In this document: one piece after another, positions 1-8,212 of the stretch
Position numbering within the stretch: position 1 is the stretch's first letter
Layout of the letters: every line of letters starts with the position of its first letter
Source of the DNA: an uncultured bacterium
Lineage (GTDB): Bacteria > Pseudomonadota > Gammaproteobacteria > Steroidobacterales > CBDUSC01
NCBI GenBank assembly: GCA_965369735.1
Contig: CBDUSC010000001.1
Coordinates: forward strand, 1-35,128
DNA length: 35,128 nt
Direction: 5' to 3'
Translations under genes and position numbers: made by a program
Notes under the pieces: generated by a model
What the model saw: only the letters and a program-made list of their open reading frames with translations
Told to the model about the DNA's origin: nothing
Database searches by the model: none

Positions 1-1
1 G

Positions 2-61
2 ATCTACAACGGCGCCGACGACAACGCCTCGGGAACGGCGGCGGTGCTGGAGATACGCTGA
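2..61 (+). pseudogene. Prematurely ending fragment of an M28-family metallopeptidase (partial at window edge)
   Basis: Frame-2 translation of nt 2-58 gives IYNGADDNASGTAAVLEIR, followed by TGA at 59-61. ADDNASG..A.LLE is the mid-protein zinc-ligand Asp motif of M28 aminopeptidases. No forward frame after nt 61 shows the downstream Glu-Glu or His ligand segments. Confidence 0.45.
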
Positions 62-69
62 CGGTAGAC

Positions 70-582
70 TTGACCGAGGGCGCGTTCATGCTCACGGGTT
101 CAGCTTTTGAAGTCACCATAATTGATCCGGGCGACGATTCGAGCAACGTGGCAATCCAGATGGATCGGCCCGATCCCCCAACGCCCTGCCCGGGCGACCC
201 ACTGTGTGGCATGCAAGCCACCTGGGAGGCAGTGTTTGCAGTATGCTCGGACCTACTGAGCGTACCGCCGGAGTCCCTTACTGTCGCCGCAGGCAATGCT
301 GCGATCTCAGCCACTTCTGGTGATATTCGTCTTATTCTTAACGACATAGCATTGGAGCAAGCGACGGTTACGCTGCAATTTATTGGACCGGGATGGGACC
401 CTGCGACATACCCTCCATCCTCCGGAGTAACGGTCGAATATCCGCTAACTCAGTTTGGGATCTTCGGCAGATCCAATAAAGGCGGCAAGGGTGGCTCGAA
501 GGGCTGCCGGCCACGGGGCAGTGGCAGCTTCGATGTAATGGATTTATTAGTACCCGGTGAAATTTCGATAACAGCGCCGTAG
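70..582 (+). CDS. Hypothetical protein with no recognisable family
   Basis: 170-codon ORF with a TTG start (in-frame ATG at codon 7). Gly/Lys-rich patch KGGKGGSKG near the C-terminus. No motif I recognise. It ends 10 nt from the convergent GGDEF-EAL stop. Coding status is uncertain. Confidence 0.35.
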   Translation: MTEGAFMLTGSAFEVTIIDPGDDSSNVAIQMDRPDPPTPCPGDPLCGMQATWEAVFAVCSDLLSVPPESLTVAAGNAAISATSGDIRLILNDIALEQATVTLQFIGPGWDPATYPPSSGVTVEYPLTQFGIFGRSNKGGKGGSKGCRPRGSGSFDVMDLLVPGEISITAP

Positions 583-592
583 GAGCATGAAC

Positions 593-2791
593 TCACTTGC
601 GCATCGAGCGACGGATGCGCTGAGAGCTGAGCGAAATAGGCAGCGACTTCAATTGAGGTCGTTTGGCCGGGCGGCCAACGAAATAACCCTGTGCCATATC
701 AACACCCAGCTCGCCAAGCAGCGACAGTGCTTCTGCGCTCTGGACGTACTCGGCAATGGTCTGCATTTTTGCTTCACGGCCGATCTCTGCGATCAGCTTG
801 ATCATCTTCTGGTCGACGGAGTTATTGAGAATGTCCTCGACAAAAGTCCCGTCAATCTTGATGTAGTCAAAATGCAGCTGTTGCAGGTAACTCAATGAAC
901 TGTAACCGGTGCCAAAATCATCCAGCGCAAGTTGGCAGCCCAGGTCGCGCAGTGCCGAGATTTGCCTGTCGACATGACGGGGCCGTCTGACGGCGAGGCT
1001 CTCGGTAATCTCGAACATGATTTGATCGGGTGGTACCTCGAAGTTTTTGAACGTTTCTGCAACAAAAGACGCAAGCTCATCCGTTTCAAACGCGTTAGCC
1101 GACAAGTTGATCGACAACTGGAGTCGCGGGTGATCCATTGAATGCTCGGCGAACGCCTCGGCAGCGTGACGGATCATCCACAGATCGATCTCAGACATGA
1201 GGCCAAAACGCACCGCGGCCGGGAGGAACGCATCCGGGCTGATAAGCTGTCCATCGTCTGACCGGAATCTCAGGAGAACTTCGTGGTGTGTCGTCTGGCC
1301 AGTGTCGATGCGGTTTATGGGCTGGAAGCGGAGTTCGAATTCGTCTTCGTCTACGGCCTTGCGCAATCTGTTCATCCATCCTGCATCGGACGACGCGCGC
1401 TGGGCCTTTTGTTTGGATATCTTGTAAAAATGCATCCTGTTGCGACCCGCTGACTTTGCCTCGCGGCAGGCAATGTCTGCCTGGGCCATCAGGTCGTCAT
1501 GATTCAGCTCAGATCCCTCGACCATCGAAATGCCAATACTGCAATGAACGTGAAACACCTGATCGTCTTCGATATGCGCGAGCCGGCGCATATTGACCAG
1601 GATTTCCTCCGCCAGTGATTGCGTGGCGGTTTTGTCGGTGTCGCAAACCAGCACCACGAACTCATCTCCGCCAAAGCGAGCGACAATATCGTTACGCCCG
1701 GCGCAACGCAGTAACTCGTCTGCGACTTTGCGTATCAGGCGATCGCCGGCCGGATGCCCGCAGGTATCGTTGATGTACTTGAACTGATCGAGGTCGATAA
1801 AGATCAGCGCGCTGATGTGATCGTTATCCACAACACTTTCCAGCTCCAGCTCCAACTCCTCCATAAAGCGTCGCCGATTGAACAGACCGGTCAGGTTATC
1901 GTGGTTGGCGAGTCGGAGAAGCTTGGCATCTCGCTCGCTCAGCGCCGACACCGTTGTCTCGAGGGCTTCAACAATATCGGAGATCTCGCGGTGCTTCGCT
2001 GGCTGAAACCGGACCTCAAGGTTGCCTTTGGCGAGTTCCCGGATCGGTTTCTGAAGATCCGATATTGAGACCAGTGCTTTTCGTAGCGCACGCCTGCTAT
2101 AAAACCCGAACACAACCAGCAATGCCAGCAAAAACAATATCGCGATCTTGATATTCGCCAACAGGCGGTCATGAAAAATCAAAAAGTCGAGATGAATACC
2201 CACAAAGCCGATGAGCTCTGTATTGCCGGGTAAGGCCGGGGCAGATGGATCAAAATCGAACAAACCATCTTCTGAAATTGACTCCGTCCATACCGGTGCG
2301 AGGATCTCGAATTGCCTCGGCTCAATGACACCGCTGCGCATCAGGTATGGTTGTTTGTTGCCAACGAGCGTTTTTGCTTCTTGCAGCAGTGAACTCGACA
2401 GGCTTTCTACAGCTTTGTTGTCACCTTGTTTGTCGATTGAAAATACCGCCGTGCCATCCTTTTCAAAGTAGGTGACTCTTCCGATTTCAGGATATTTGTC
2501 AACGAAGCTTTCAAGGCGGATCAACGCTTCACCGTCGTTCACCATGTAAAGAGGCGAACCAAGCTCGTTGAGCTCTTCTGTCCATTGCAGCGCCCAGCGG
2601 CCGTAGTTGTCCTGCAAGACCCACTGGCCGCCCCAGTACAGGCTGGCAATCGCAAGTGCGCCGATTATCGTGGCGCTGAGTATCTGGATAGACAGAATTT
2701 CATGGACAAGCAAGCGCTTGCCGCGACGGGCAGCGACACGATTGAGGCCTTTTATAAAAGGCTCAGTAACTGTAGCCAGGCTGAATTTCAT
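593..2791 (-). CDS. Membrane-bound HAMP-GGDEF-EAL protein (diguanylate cyclase/c-di-GMP phosphodiesterase)
   Basis: 732 aa. Two hydrophobic segments flank a ~155-aa periplasmic region. HAMP-like linker (PIRELAKGNLEVRF). GGDEF domain (NLTGLFNRRRF, RFGGDEFVVL). EAL domain (HHEVLLR, EITES, DDFGTGYSSLSYL, IKIDG, QGYFVGRP). Confidence 0.93.
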   Translation of the reverse strand: MKFSLATVTEPFIKGLNRVAARRGKRLLVHEILSIQILSATIIGALAIASLYWGGQWVLQDNYGRWALQWTEELNELGSPLYMVNDGEALIRLESFVDKYPEIGRVTYFEKDGTAVFSIDKQGDNKAVESLSSSLLQEAKTLVGNKQPYLMRSGVIEPRQFEILAPVWTESISEDGLFDFDPSAPALPGNTELIGFVGIHLDFLIFHDRLLANIKIAILFLLALLVVFGFYSRRALRKALVSISDLQKPIRELAKGNLEVRFQPAKHREISDIVEALETTVSALSERDAKLLRLANHDNLTGLFNRRRFMEELELELESVVDNDHISALIFIDLDQFKYINDTCGHPAGDRLIRKVADELLRCAGRNDIVARFGGDEFVVLVCDTDKTATQSLAEEILVNMRRLAHIEDDQVFHVHCSIGISMVEGSELNHDDLMAQADIACREAKSAGRNRMHFYKISKQKAQRASSDAGWMNRLRKAVDEDEFELRFQPINRIDTGQTTHHEVLLRFRSDDGQLISPDAFLPAAVRFGLMSEIDLWMIRHAAEAFAEHSMDHPRLQLSINLSANAFETDELASFVAETFKNFEVPPDQIMFEITESLAVRRPRHVDRQISALRDLGCQLALDDFGTGYSSLSYLQQLHFDYIKIDGTFVEDILNNSVDQKMIKLIAEIGREAKMQTIAEYVQSAEALSLLGELGVDMAQGYFVGRPAKRPQLKSLPISLSSQRIRRSMRK

Positions 2792-3837
2792 TTTCCGGGG
2801 CCTCGGGGTGTCTGATGCTGCACCAGGAACCCTGTGGCTGCTGGCTGTTTTAACAAGGCTTCATTTGTGACCACCCGGGCTTTGGAAAGACCAGACAAGG
2901 GCGGTACGCGTTCGATATGGCCTGAATCGATTTGACGAATGATTTCGATAACGGTTGCTGCGATATCGGATGCTACGGTTGAGACGCTGATGGTGGCACC
3001 AAGCGACAGCATGGACTCATTTGAGACCGCGACCGGGACATTGTGGCGATTCGCCTGGGCAATCATTTGCTGGAGGACACGGGCGCTGAGGATACGGTTA
3101 TCCGGGAACAGCCAGAAGCCATCGATTTCACGGACCATTCGCTTGAAAAGGTACAAGGTCTCCTGATCTGAGCTCGCAGTGTATATGCGCAGCTCAACAG
3201 CATGTCTTTTGGCGGCGGATTCAGCCTCGGCCATGAGATCTTCATGGCCCTCGCCAATAATTGCACCTACGCGCCTGATTGTCGGGTCGACTTTTTTCCA
3301 GGCAGCGATTTGCGCGTCGAATGGCGCCAATGCGGACACGCCACGGCTGTTTTCTGTCAACAGGCCATGCTCCTGATGGTTAAAAACCTGGCTAAAGATT
3401 ACAGGTGCCTCGGCCATCGCTACCGATGCCCTGGCTGCACGCAGGCCGATTGCGATAACGGCTTTTGAGTCGGAGTCGTTGATCAAGCCGAACAAGGCAA
3501 CAGGAGATTGGCTCTTGTCGCTCAGATCAAAGATTGCGTAGTTCTCCAGATGTTTGCCCAGTTCATTGGCGACATCTTTATAGGCCGGTTGGCGACTGCT
3601 CAGGACGATCGCCACCGGTGGCAGTGGTTTTACTGGTGCAAGAACTTTTGGGGGAGGCGCTGGTTGGGGAGCGGGCAATCTTTTGATTACCAGTTCAGGC
3701 GGCCTGGCCACCACCTCGGGGTCTGGTTTCGCTTCGTACTTGTTGGGGATGAATATTCCACACCCGGACAAACACACAATGCCTGCGCCGATTGCGATGC
3801 GAATCAAAGTCCGTTTTAAATTGCCAGTCCCTTGCAT
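2788..3837 (-). CDS. Lipoprotein resembling ABC-transporter substrate-binding proteins (ABC_sub_bind-like)
   Basis: 349 aa. Lipobox LSG|C after a hydrophobic signal peptide. Pro-rich linker (PAPQPAPPPKVLAPVKPLPP). The following alpha/beta domain resembles the ABC_sub_bind family that often sits next to GGDEF/EAL or kinase genes. Its stop overlaps the downstream start as ATGA (2788-2791). Confidence 0.7.
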   Translation of the reverse strand: MQGTGNLKRTLIRIAIGAGIVCLSGCGIFIPNKYEAKPDPEVVARPPELVIKRLPAPQPAPPPKVLAPVKPLPPVAIVLSSRQPAYKDVANELGKHLENYAIFDLSDKSQSPVALFGLINDSDSKAVIAIGLRAARASVAMAEAPVIFSQVFNHQEHGLLTENSRGVSALAPFDAQIAAWKKVDPTIRRVGAIIGEGHEDLMAEAESAAKRHAVELRIYTASSDQETLYLFKRMVREIDGFWLFPDNRILSARVLQQMIAQANRHNVPVAVSNESMLSLGATISVSTVASDIAATVIEIIRQIDSGHIERVPPLSGLSKARVVTNEALLKQPAATGFLVQHQTPRGPGK

Positions 3838-4011
3838 TCCCCAGTCCCTTCGGTATGACAGCTTGCGAGGCGTAAAGCCTTGCCCATCACACTTTTTATC
3901 GGAAATGGAAGCAAATTTCTGTGCGCAGTGTCGTTACTTCGCAAACTCTCCCAGGATCGCGTTATGACAAATCGGGCTTTAGTGACTGCGAGTGAATGAG
4001 TCGGGTCGGAA

Positions 4012-4034
4012 CCTGCGGTGGTTGCACCGCCAGG
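4012..4034 (-). terminator. Possible weak terminator hairpin after the zinc-finger gene
   Basis: CCTGCGGTG-GTTG-CACCGCCAGG forms a 9-bp stem with one bulge, 23 nt downstream of the stop at 4058. No U-tract follows on the minus strand, so support is weak. Confidence 0.25.
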
Positions 4035-4057
4035 TGTCACATTGGCTGGCTATGCCA

Positions 4058-4324
4058 TCAACGGAGCTGGCTGTCTTTGCTCCCCCGGCGGTTATAGCCG
4101 CTGTGACTTACTGCTTCCTTGTCATGATCGGTCTGGCATTTTATGCACAGGCGCACGCCCGGAACGGCCTCGCGGCGCGCAGCAGTTATCGGATCATTAC
4201 ACGCCGCACAATTTTTCAGGCTTTCACCGCGCGGTAGCTGGTCACGGGCACGTTTGACCGCGTCCTCGATACTCGCATCAATCTGTTCCTGTACCGCTCC
4301 GTCTTTTGCAAATCCACCGGCCAT
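4058..4324 (-). CDS. TraR/DksA-family C4 zinc-finger protein
   Basis: C4 motif CAACNDPI...(16 aa)...CIKCQ, typical of zf-dksA/traR proteins. I start it at ATG 4324 (MAGGFAKDG...) rather than 4360, because the longer form would overlap the OPT gene. It begins 7 nt after the OPT stop. Confidence 0.8.
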   Translation of the reverse strand: MAGGFAKDGAVQEQIDASIEDAVKRARDQLPRGESLKNCAACNDPITAARREAVPGVRLCIKCQTDHDKEAVSHSGYNRRGSKDSQLR

Positions 4325-4331
4325 CAATTGC

Positions 4332-6281
4332 TTACCCGGTTTTGCGTTTACCAGCAGCAACGCGATACATCATGTACGCGATCCCGCCGACCACTATCAG
4401 ACCGGGTGTTCCGCCAAACGGATTCACATCGGCGCCAAACAATGTGCTGATTGCCAGCACCTCGCCATCGCCGGACAAGACGATCGGGATTGCCATGAAA
4501 ATGCCGACCAGTGCCTCGCCGGTGATGAGCCCGGCCGCAAAAAGCATGCCGACTCGCATATTGGTTTCTTTTTTGTCAGGCGACCGGCGCTCGTTGTACC
4601 TGCTTGCGAAATGTGAAATCAGACCACCAAAAAATATCGGTACCGATAATTCCAGTGGCAGATAGATGCCCACCGCAACGGCAAGCACCGGTGCACGCCA
4701 CGATGCGCCTTTTATCCGCAAAATCTCATCAATAGTGATAATAATGCCGCCAATGACGACGCCAATTGCGACCATATTCCAGGGCAGACCACCGCGGAAC
4801 ACGCCCTGCGCCACCGATGCCATCAGTGTGGCTTGCGGCGCAAGCAAGGCATTTGGCTGGTCATCCGTCGGCAAGCCAATACCGTAAGCCTTGAGTAACA
4901 GGTTCAGGATCGGTGCCATCACCAGTACCGATGAAATCACACCGACGCCCTGCATCACCTGTTGTTTCCATGGTGTTGCACCGACAATGTAACCGGCTTT
5001 GAGGTCCTGCAGGTTGTCGCCCGAGATTGCCGCAGCGCAGGCAACTACCGCGCCGATCATGATAGCGGCTGCAGGCCCGACTGCCGTATCGGCCCCCATC
5101 AGCCACAGCAGCAACAGGGACGAGAACAAAATAGTGGCGATCGTAACGCCGGAGATAGGGTTGTTCGACGATCCCACCAGCCCCGCCATATAAGCCGCGA
5201 CCGATGAGAACAAAAAGCCTGCGACGACCATGATGAGCGTCATCGGAATGCTGACGATTAAGTCCTGCACGATGTTCTGGTATAGCAAAAAGATTGGCAC
5301 CGTGAACACCGCGATGCCAAGCAACACATAGTTCATGGGCAAGTCCTGATCCGTGTGATGGACATCCGCCGATGTCCCCATTTTGTATTGATGCATGCCA
5401 CTGCGAATACCCGAGACCAGGCTTTTGCGCATCGAGATGAGCGCCCAGATACCACCAATCAGCATGGCACCCACGCCAAGATAGCGCACCTGTGCTGACC
5501 AGATCGCGCCAGCCAGATTCTCAGCGTTTGTTCCATCGACAAATGCCTGCATCAGAGCGGGATCATTCTCCAGCACAAAAGTGCTGTAAATCGGGATCGC
5601 CAGGTACCAGGAAATGGCGCCGCCGACAAATACGAGCACGGCGATGTTGAGGCCAACGATGTAGCCGACACTCAACAGCGCGGGGGACAGGTTTGTACCG
5701 GCATAGGCAATGGTGCTTTTACCCAGGTAGACAGCGTGTTGCGCGGTCGCACTCCAGAGTTGCAAACCGGTTTCGCAAAATTTGACCGTAGCACCTGCGA
5801 TTCCGGCCCAGGCGAGATACATGACACCGCCGGATGGATCCTCGCCAACCTTGAGTACCTCGGCCGTTGCCGTACCTTCGGGATACATCAGTTTTTGTTC
5901 AACAATAAGAGAGCGTCGCAACGGGATGGTGAACAGCACACCGAGCAGACCGCCGAGACCGGCGATGACCGATACCCACCAGTAATCGAAAACATCCCAG
6001 TAGCCCAGTATTACCAATGCGGGAATCGTGAAAATGACGCCCGCGGCAATCGACTCACCCGCCGAAGCGGCGGTTTGCACGATATTGTTTTCCAGTATGT
6101 TCGATTCCTTGAAAAACCGGAGTATCGCCATGGAGATGACGGCCGCCGGTATCGACGCAGACACCGTCAGACCGGCAAACAGACCGAGGTAGGCGTTCGC
6201 GCCGGCCAGTATCATCGACAACAGGATGCCGAGAATAATCGCCTTGACGGTTAGCTGTGGCAGTGGTGCACTGGAATTCAT
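4332..6281 (-). CDS. OPT-family oligopeptide transporter
   Basis: 649 aa and polytopic. The N-terminus (AIILGILLSMILAGANAYLGLFAGLTVSASIPAAVISMAILRFF) and overall architecture are typical of bacterial OPT superfamily permeases. Confidence 0.88.
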   Translation of the reverse strand: MNSSAPLPQLTVKAIILGILLSMILAGANAYLGLFAGLTVSASIPAAVISMAILRFFKESNILENNIVQTAASAGESIAAGVIFTIPALVILGYWDVFDYWWVSVIAGLGGLLGVLFTIPLRRSLIVEQKLMYPEGTATAEVLKVGEDPSGGVMYLAWAGIAGATVKFCETGLQLWSATAQHAVYLGKSTIAYAGTNLSPALLSVGYIVGLNIAVLVFVGGAISWYLAIPIYSTFVLENDPALMQAFVDGTNAENLAGAIWSAQVRYLGVGAMLIGGIWALISMRKSLVSGIRSGMHQYKMGTSADVHHTDQDLPMNYVLLGIAVFTVPIFLLYQNIVQDLIVSIPMTLIMVVAGFLFSSVAAYMAGLVGSSNNPISGVTIATILFSSLLLLWLMGADTAVGPAAAIMIGAVVACAAAISGDNLQDLKAGYIVGATPWKQQVMQGVGVISSVLVMAPILNLLLKAYGIGLPTDDQPNALLAPQATLMASVAQGVFRGGLPWNMVAIGVVIGGIIITIDEILRIKGASWRAPVLAVAVGIYLPLELSVPIFFGGLISHFASRYNERRSPDKKETNMRVGMLFAAGLITGEALVGIFMAIPIVLSGDGEVLAISTLFGADVNPFGGTPGLIVVGGIAYMMYRVAAGKRKTG

Positions 6282-6290
6282 ATCGTATCC

Positions 6291-8147
6291 TTACCAGCCG
6301 CAGGCTGAGTCTTTGTTTTGTTCCTCGAGCCAGGTCATCAACGGCTGGTAGTAATCGATGATGGCGGATCCATCCATTTCGCGCGAACCCGTCGCCTGTT
6401 CCAGCGCATCCGGCCACGGCTGGCTTTGACCCAGCGCGAGCATGGCGCCGAATTTTTCACCGGCTTCCTTGTTGTTGTAGATCGAACAATTGTGCAAGGG
6501 ACCCTCATGACCGGCTGCTTCGCATAGCGACTTGTGGAACTGGAATTGCAGGATGCGCGCCAGGAAATAGCGGGTATACGACACGTTGGCCGGTATGTGA
6601 AATTTTGCGCCCGGGTCAAAGTCGGCCTCGGATCGCTCTACAGGCGCAACGATGCCCTGGTATTCCTCACGCAGTTTCCACCAGGAAGCGTTGTACTCAT
6701 CGGGGCTGACCTCACCGGCAAACACTTTCCAACGCCACAGATCCATCAGGCGTCCAAAAGGCAGGAATCCGATTTTGTCGAGCGCGGATTTGAATTGCTC
6801 GTTGATCAGGGCCTGCTCATTGGTTTCATAACTGTCGATAAGACCAATTTCCTTGTAATAGGATGGTGTCATCGACAGCACCAGGGTGTCACCAATTGCT
6901 TCATGAAAACCCGGGTGTGCGCCGCCGCGATACAGGTTCGGCAGGTGCTTGTACTGCAGGTAGTAGTAAATGTGTCCAAGTTCGTGGTGCAGGGTCGAAA
7001 AGTGGTCGGTGTTGATTTCGATACACTGCTTGATACGCACATCGTCACCGCCATCGAGCGGCCATGCGCTGGCGTGGCAGACGACATCGCGATCGCGCGG
7101 TTTTTTCAGCAGTGATCTTTCATAGAAAGTATCCGGCAGAGTCGGCAGATCCAGCGATACAAAAAAGTTTTCTGCGGTCCTGGTCATCTTTTCTTCGTCG
7201 TAGCCCTTTTCTACCAGCGCGCTGGTGACATCAAAACCACCAACACCGGGGTATGGCTCCATGAGGTCGTAGATATTGCCCCACTCCTGCGCCCACATAT
7301 TGCCCAGCAAATGCGCGGGTATGGGTGAATTACGCGGTACAACGTCCTCGCCGTAATGATCGGCCAGTTTGTTGCGCACATAACAATGCAGCTCGCTATA
7401 CAGCGGTTTCACCTGTTGCCACAGACGCTCGGTTTCTTCTTCGAACTCGGCGGAGCTCAGTTCATAGCGCGATTTCCAGAATACGCCGAGGTCGTTGTAA
7501 CCCAACTCCTGTGTTCCTTCGTTGGCGAGCTCGACAAAGCGCACATAGTCGCTTTTGATCGGCGGCGATATGCCGCGCCAGCCTGTCCAGGCGTCCAGCA
7601 ATTCATCCGGGTCGCGGCTGGTGCCCATGATGCGTATCAATGCGGTTTCATCAAGGCAGGTATCCGGGTTGTCCTCTCCATCCGGGCAATATTTACCGGC
7701 ACCATAGGTGCCGGACATCGCTGTCGTGATTTCGGCGAGCTCCCTGCGGTGATCTGCATTGCCCGGGGCCGGCAGCGTCGTGCCAAAGCGAACCATTTGA
7801 ATGGAGCGTGCCGCATCGTCGCTGACATCGATACCATCGAAGCGTTTTGATTCCTCGATGATCTGTTTGGAGTAGGCCAGCGATTTCTCACGTGCCTTGG
7901 AGGCGATAATCGCGGTGTCTTTTGTGATGAAGTTGGCCCTCACCCATTGGGCGGCACCGGTCTCGCGACCGAGCTCGTCAAGCTCTGTGTTGACTTCTGC
8001 CACCCAGGCATCGGCATCGGCCGCGGTTGCCATGGGCTCTGAAGGTGTAGCGGTTTCGCCGCCGGCATTACCGGGCGCAGGCTGCCCGCAGGCGACCAGC
8101 ATCAGGCCAGCGGTCAGCGTCAGCAAAAAACGGAATACGGCATTCAT
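6291..8147 (-). CDS. Peptidase M2 (ACE-like peptidyl-dipeptidase A), lipoprotein
   Basis: 618 aa. Lipobox LVA|C. HEXXH zinc site HHELGH, followed by HEAIGD (third zinc-ligand Glu). This is the signature pair of angiotensin-converting-enzyme-family peptidases. Confidence 0.88.
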   Translation of the reverse strand: MNAVFRFLLTLTAGLMLVACGQPAPGNAGGETATPSEPMATAADADAWVAEVNTELDELGRETGAAQWVRANFITKDTAIIASKAREKSLAYSKQIIEESKRFDGIDVSDDAARSIQMVRFGTTLPAPGNADHRRELAEITTAMSGTYGAGKYCPDGEDNPDTCLDETALIRIMGTSRDPDELLDAWTGWRGISPPIKSDYVRFVELANEGTQELGYNDLGVFWKSRYELSSAEFEEETERLWQQVKPLYSELHCYVRNKLADHYGEDVVPRNSPIPAHLLGNMWAQEWGNIYDLMEPYPGVGGFDVTSALVEKGYDEEKMTRTAENFFVSLDLPTLPDTFYERSLLKKPRDRDVVCHASAWPLDGGDDVRIKQCIEINTDHFSTLHHELGHIYYYLQYKHLPNLYRGGAHPGFHEAIGDTLVLSMTPSYYKEIGLIDSYETNEQALINEQFKSALDKIGFLPFGRLMDLWRWKVFAGEVSPDEYNASWWKLREEYQGIVAPVERSEADFDPGAKFHIPANVSYTRYFLARILQFQFHKSLCEAAGHEGPLHNCSIYNNKEAGEKFGAMLALGQSQPWPDALEQATGSREMDGSAIIDYYQPLMTWLEEQNKDSACGW

Positions 8148-8172
8148 GATAGCTCCAGTCTCGAAGTACGAA

Positions 8173-8196
8173 AACGGCGGTCACAGGACCGCCGTT
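8173..8196 (-). terminator. Intrinsic terminator or attenuator hairpin between the POT and M2 genes
   Basis: Perfect 10-bp stem AACGGCGGTC-ACAG-GACCGCCGTT. On the minus strand the 3' arm runs into TTTTCG. It sits 16 nt after the POT stop and 25 nt before the M2 start. Confidence 0.55.
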
Positions 8197-8212
8197 GTTG
8201 TTTAAAAATGGT

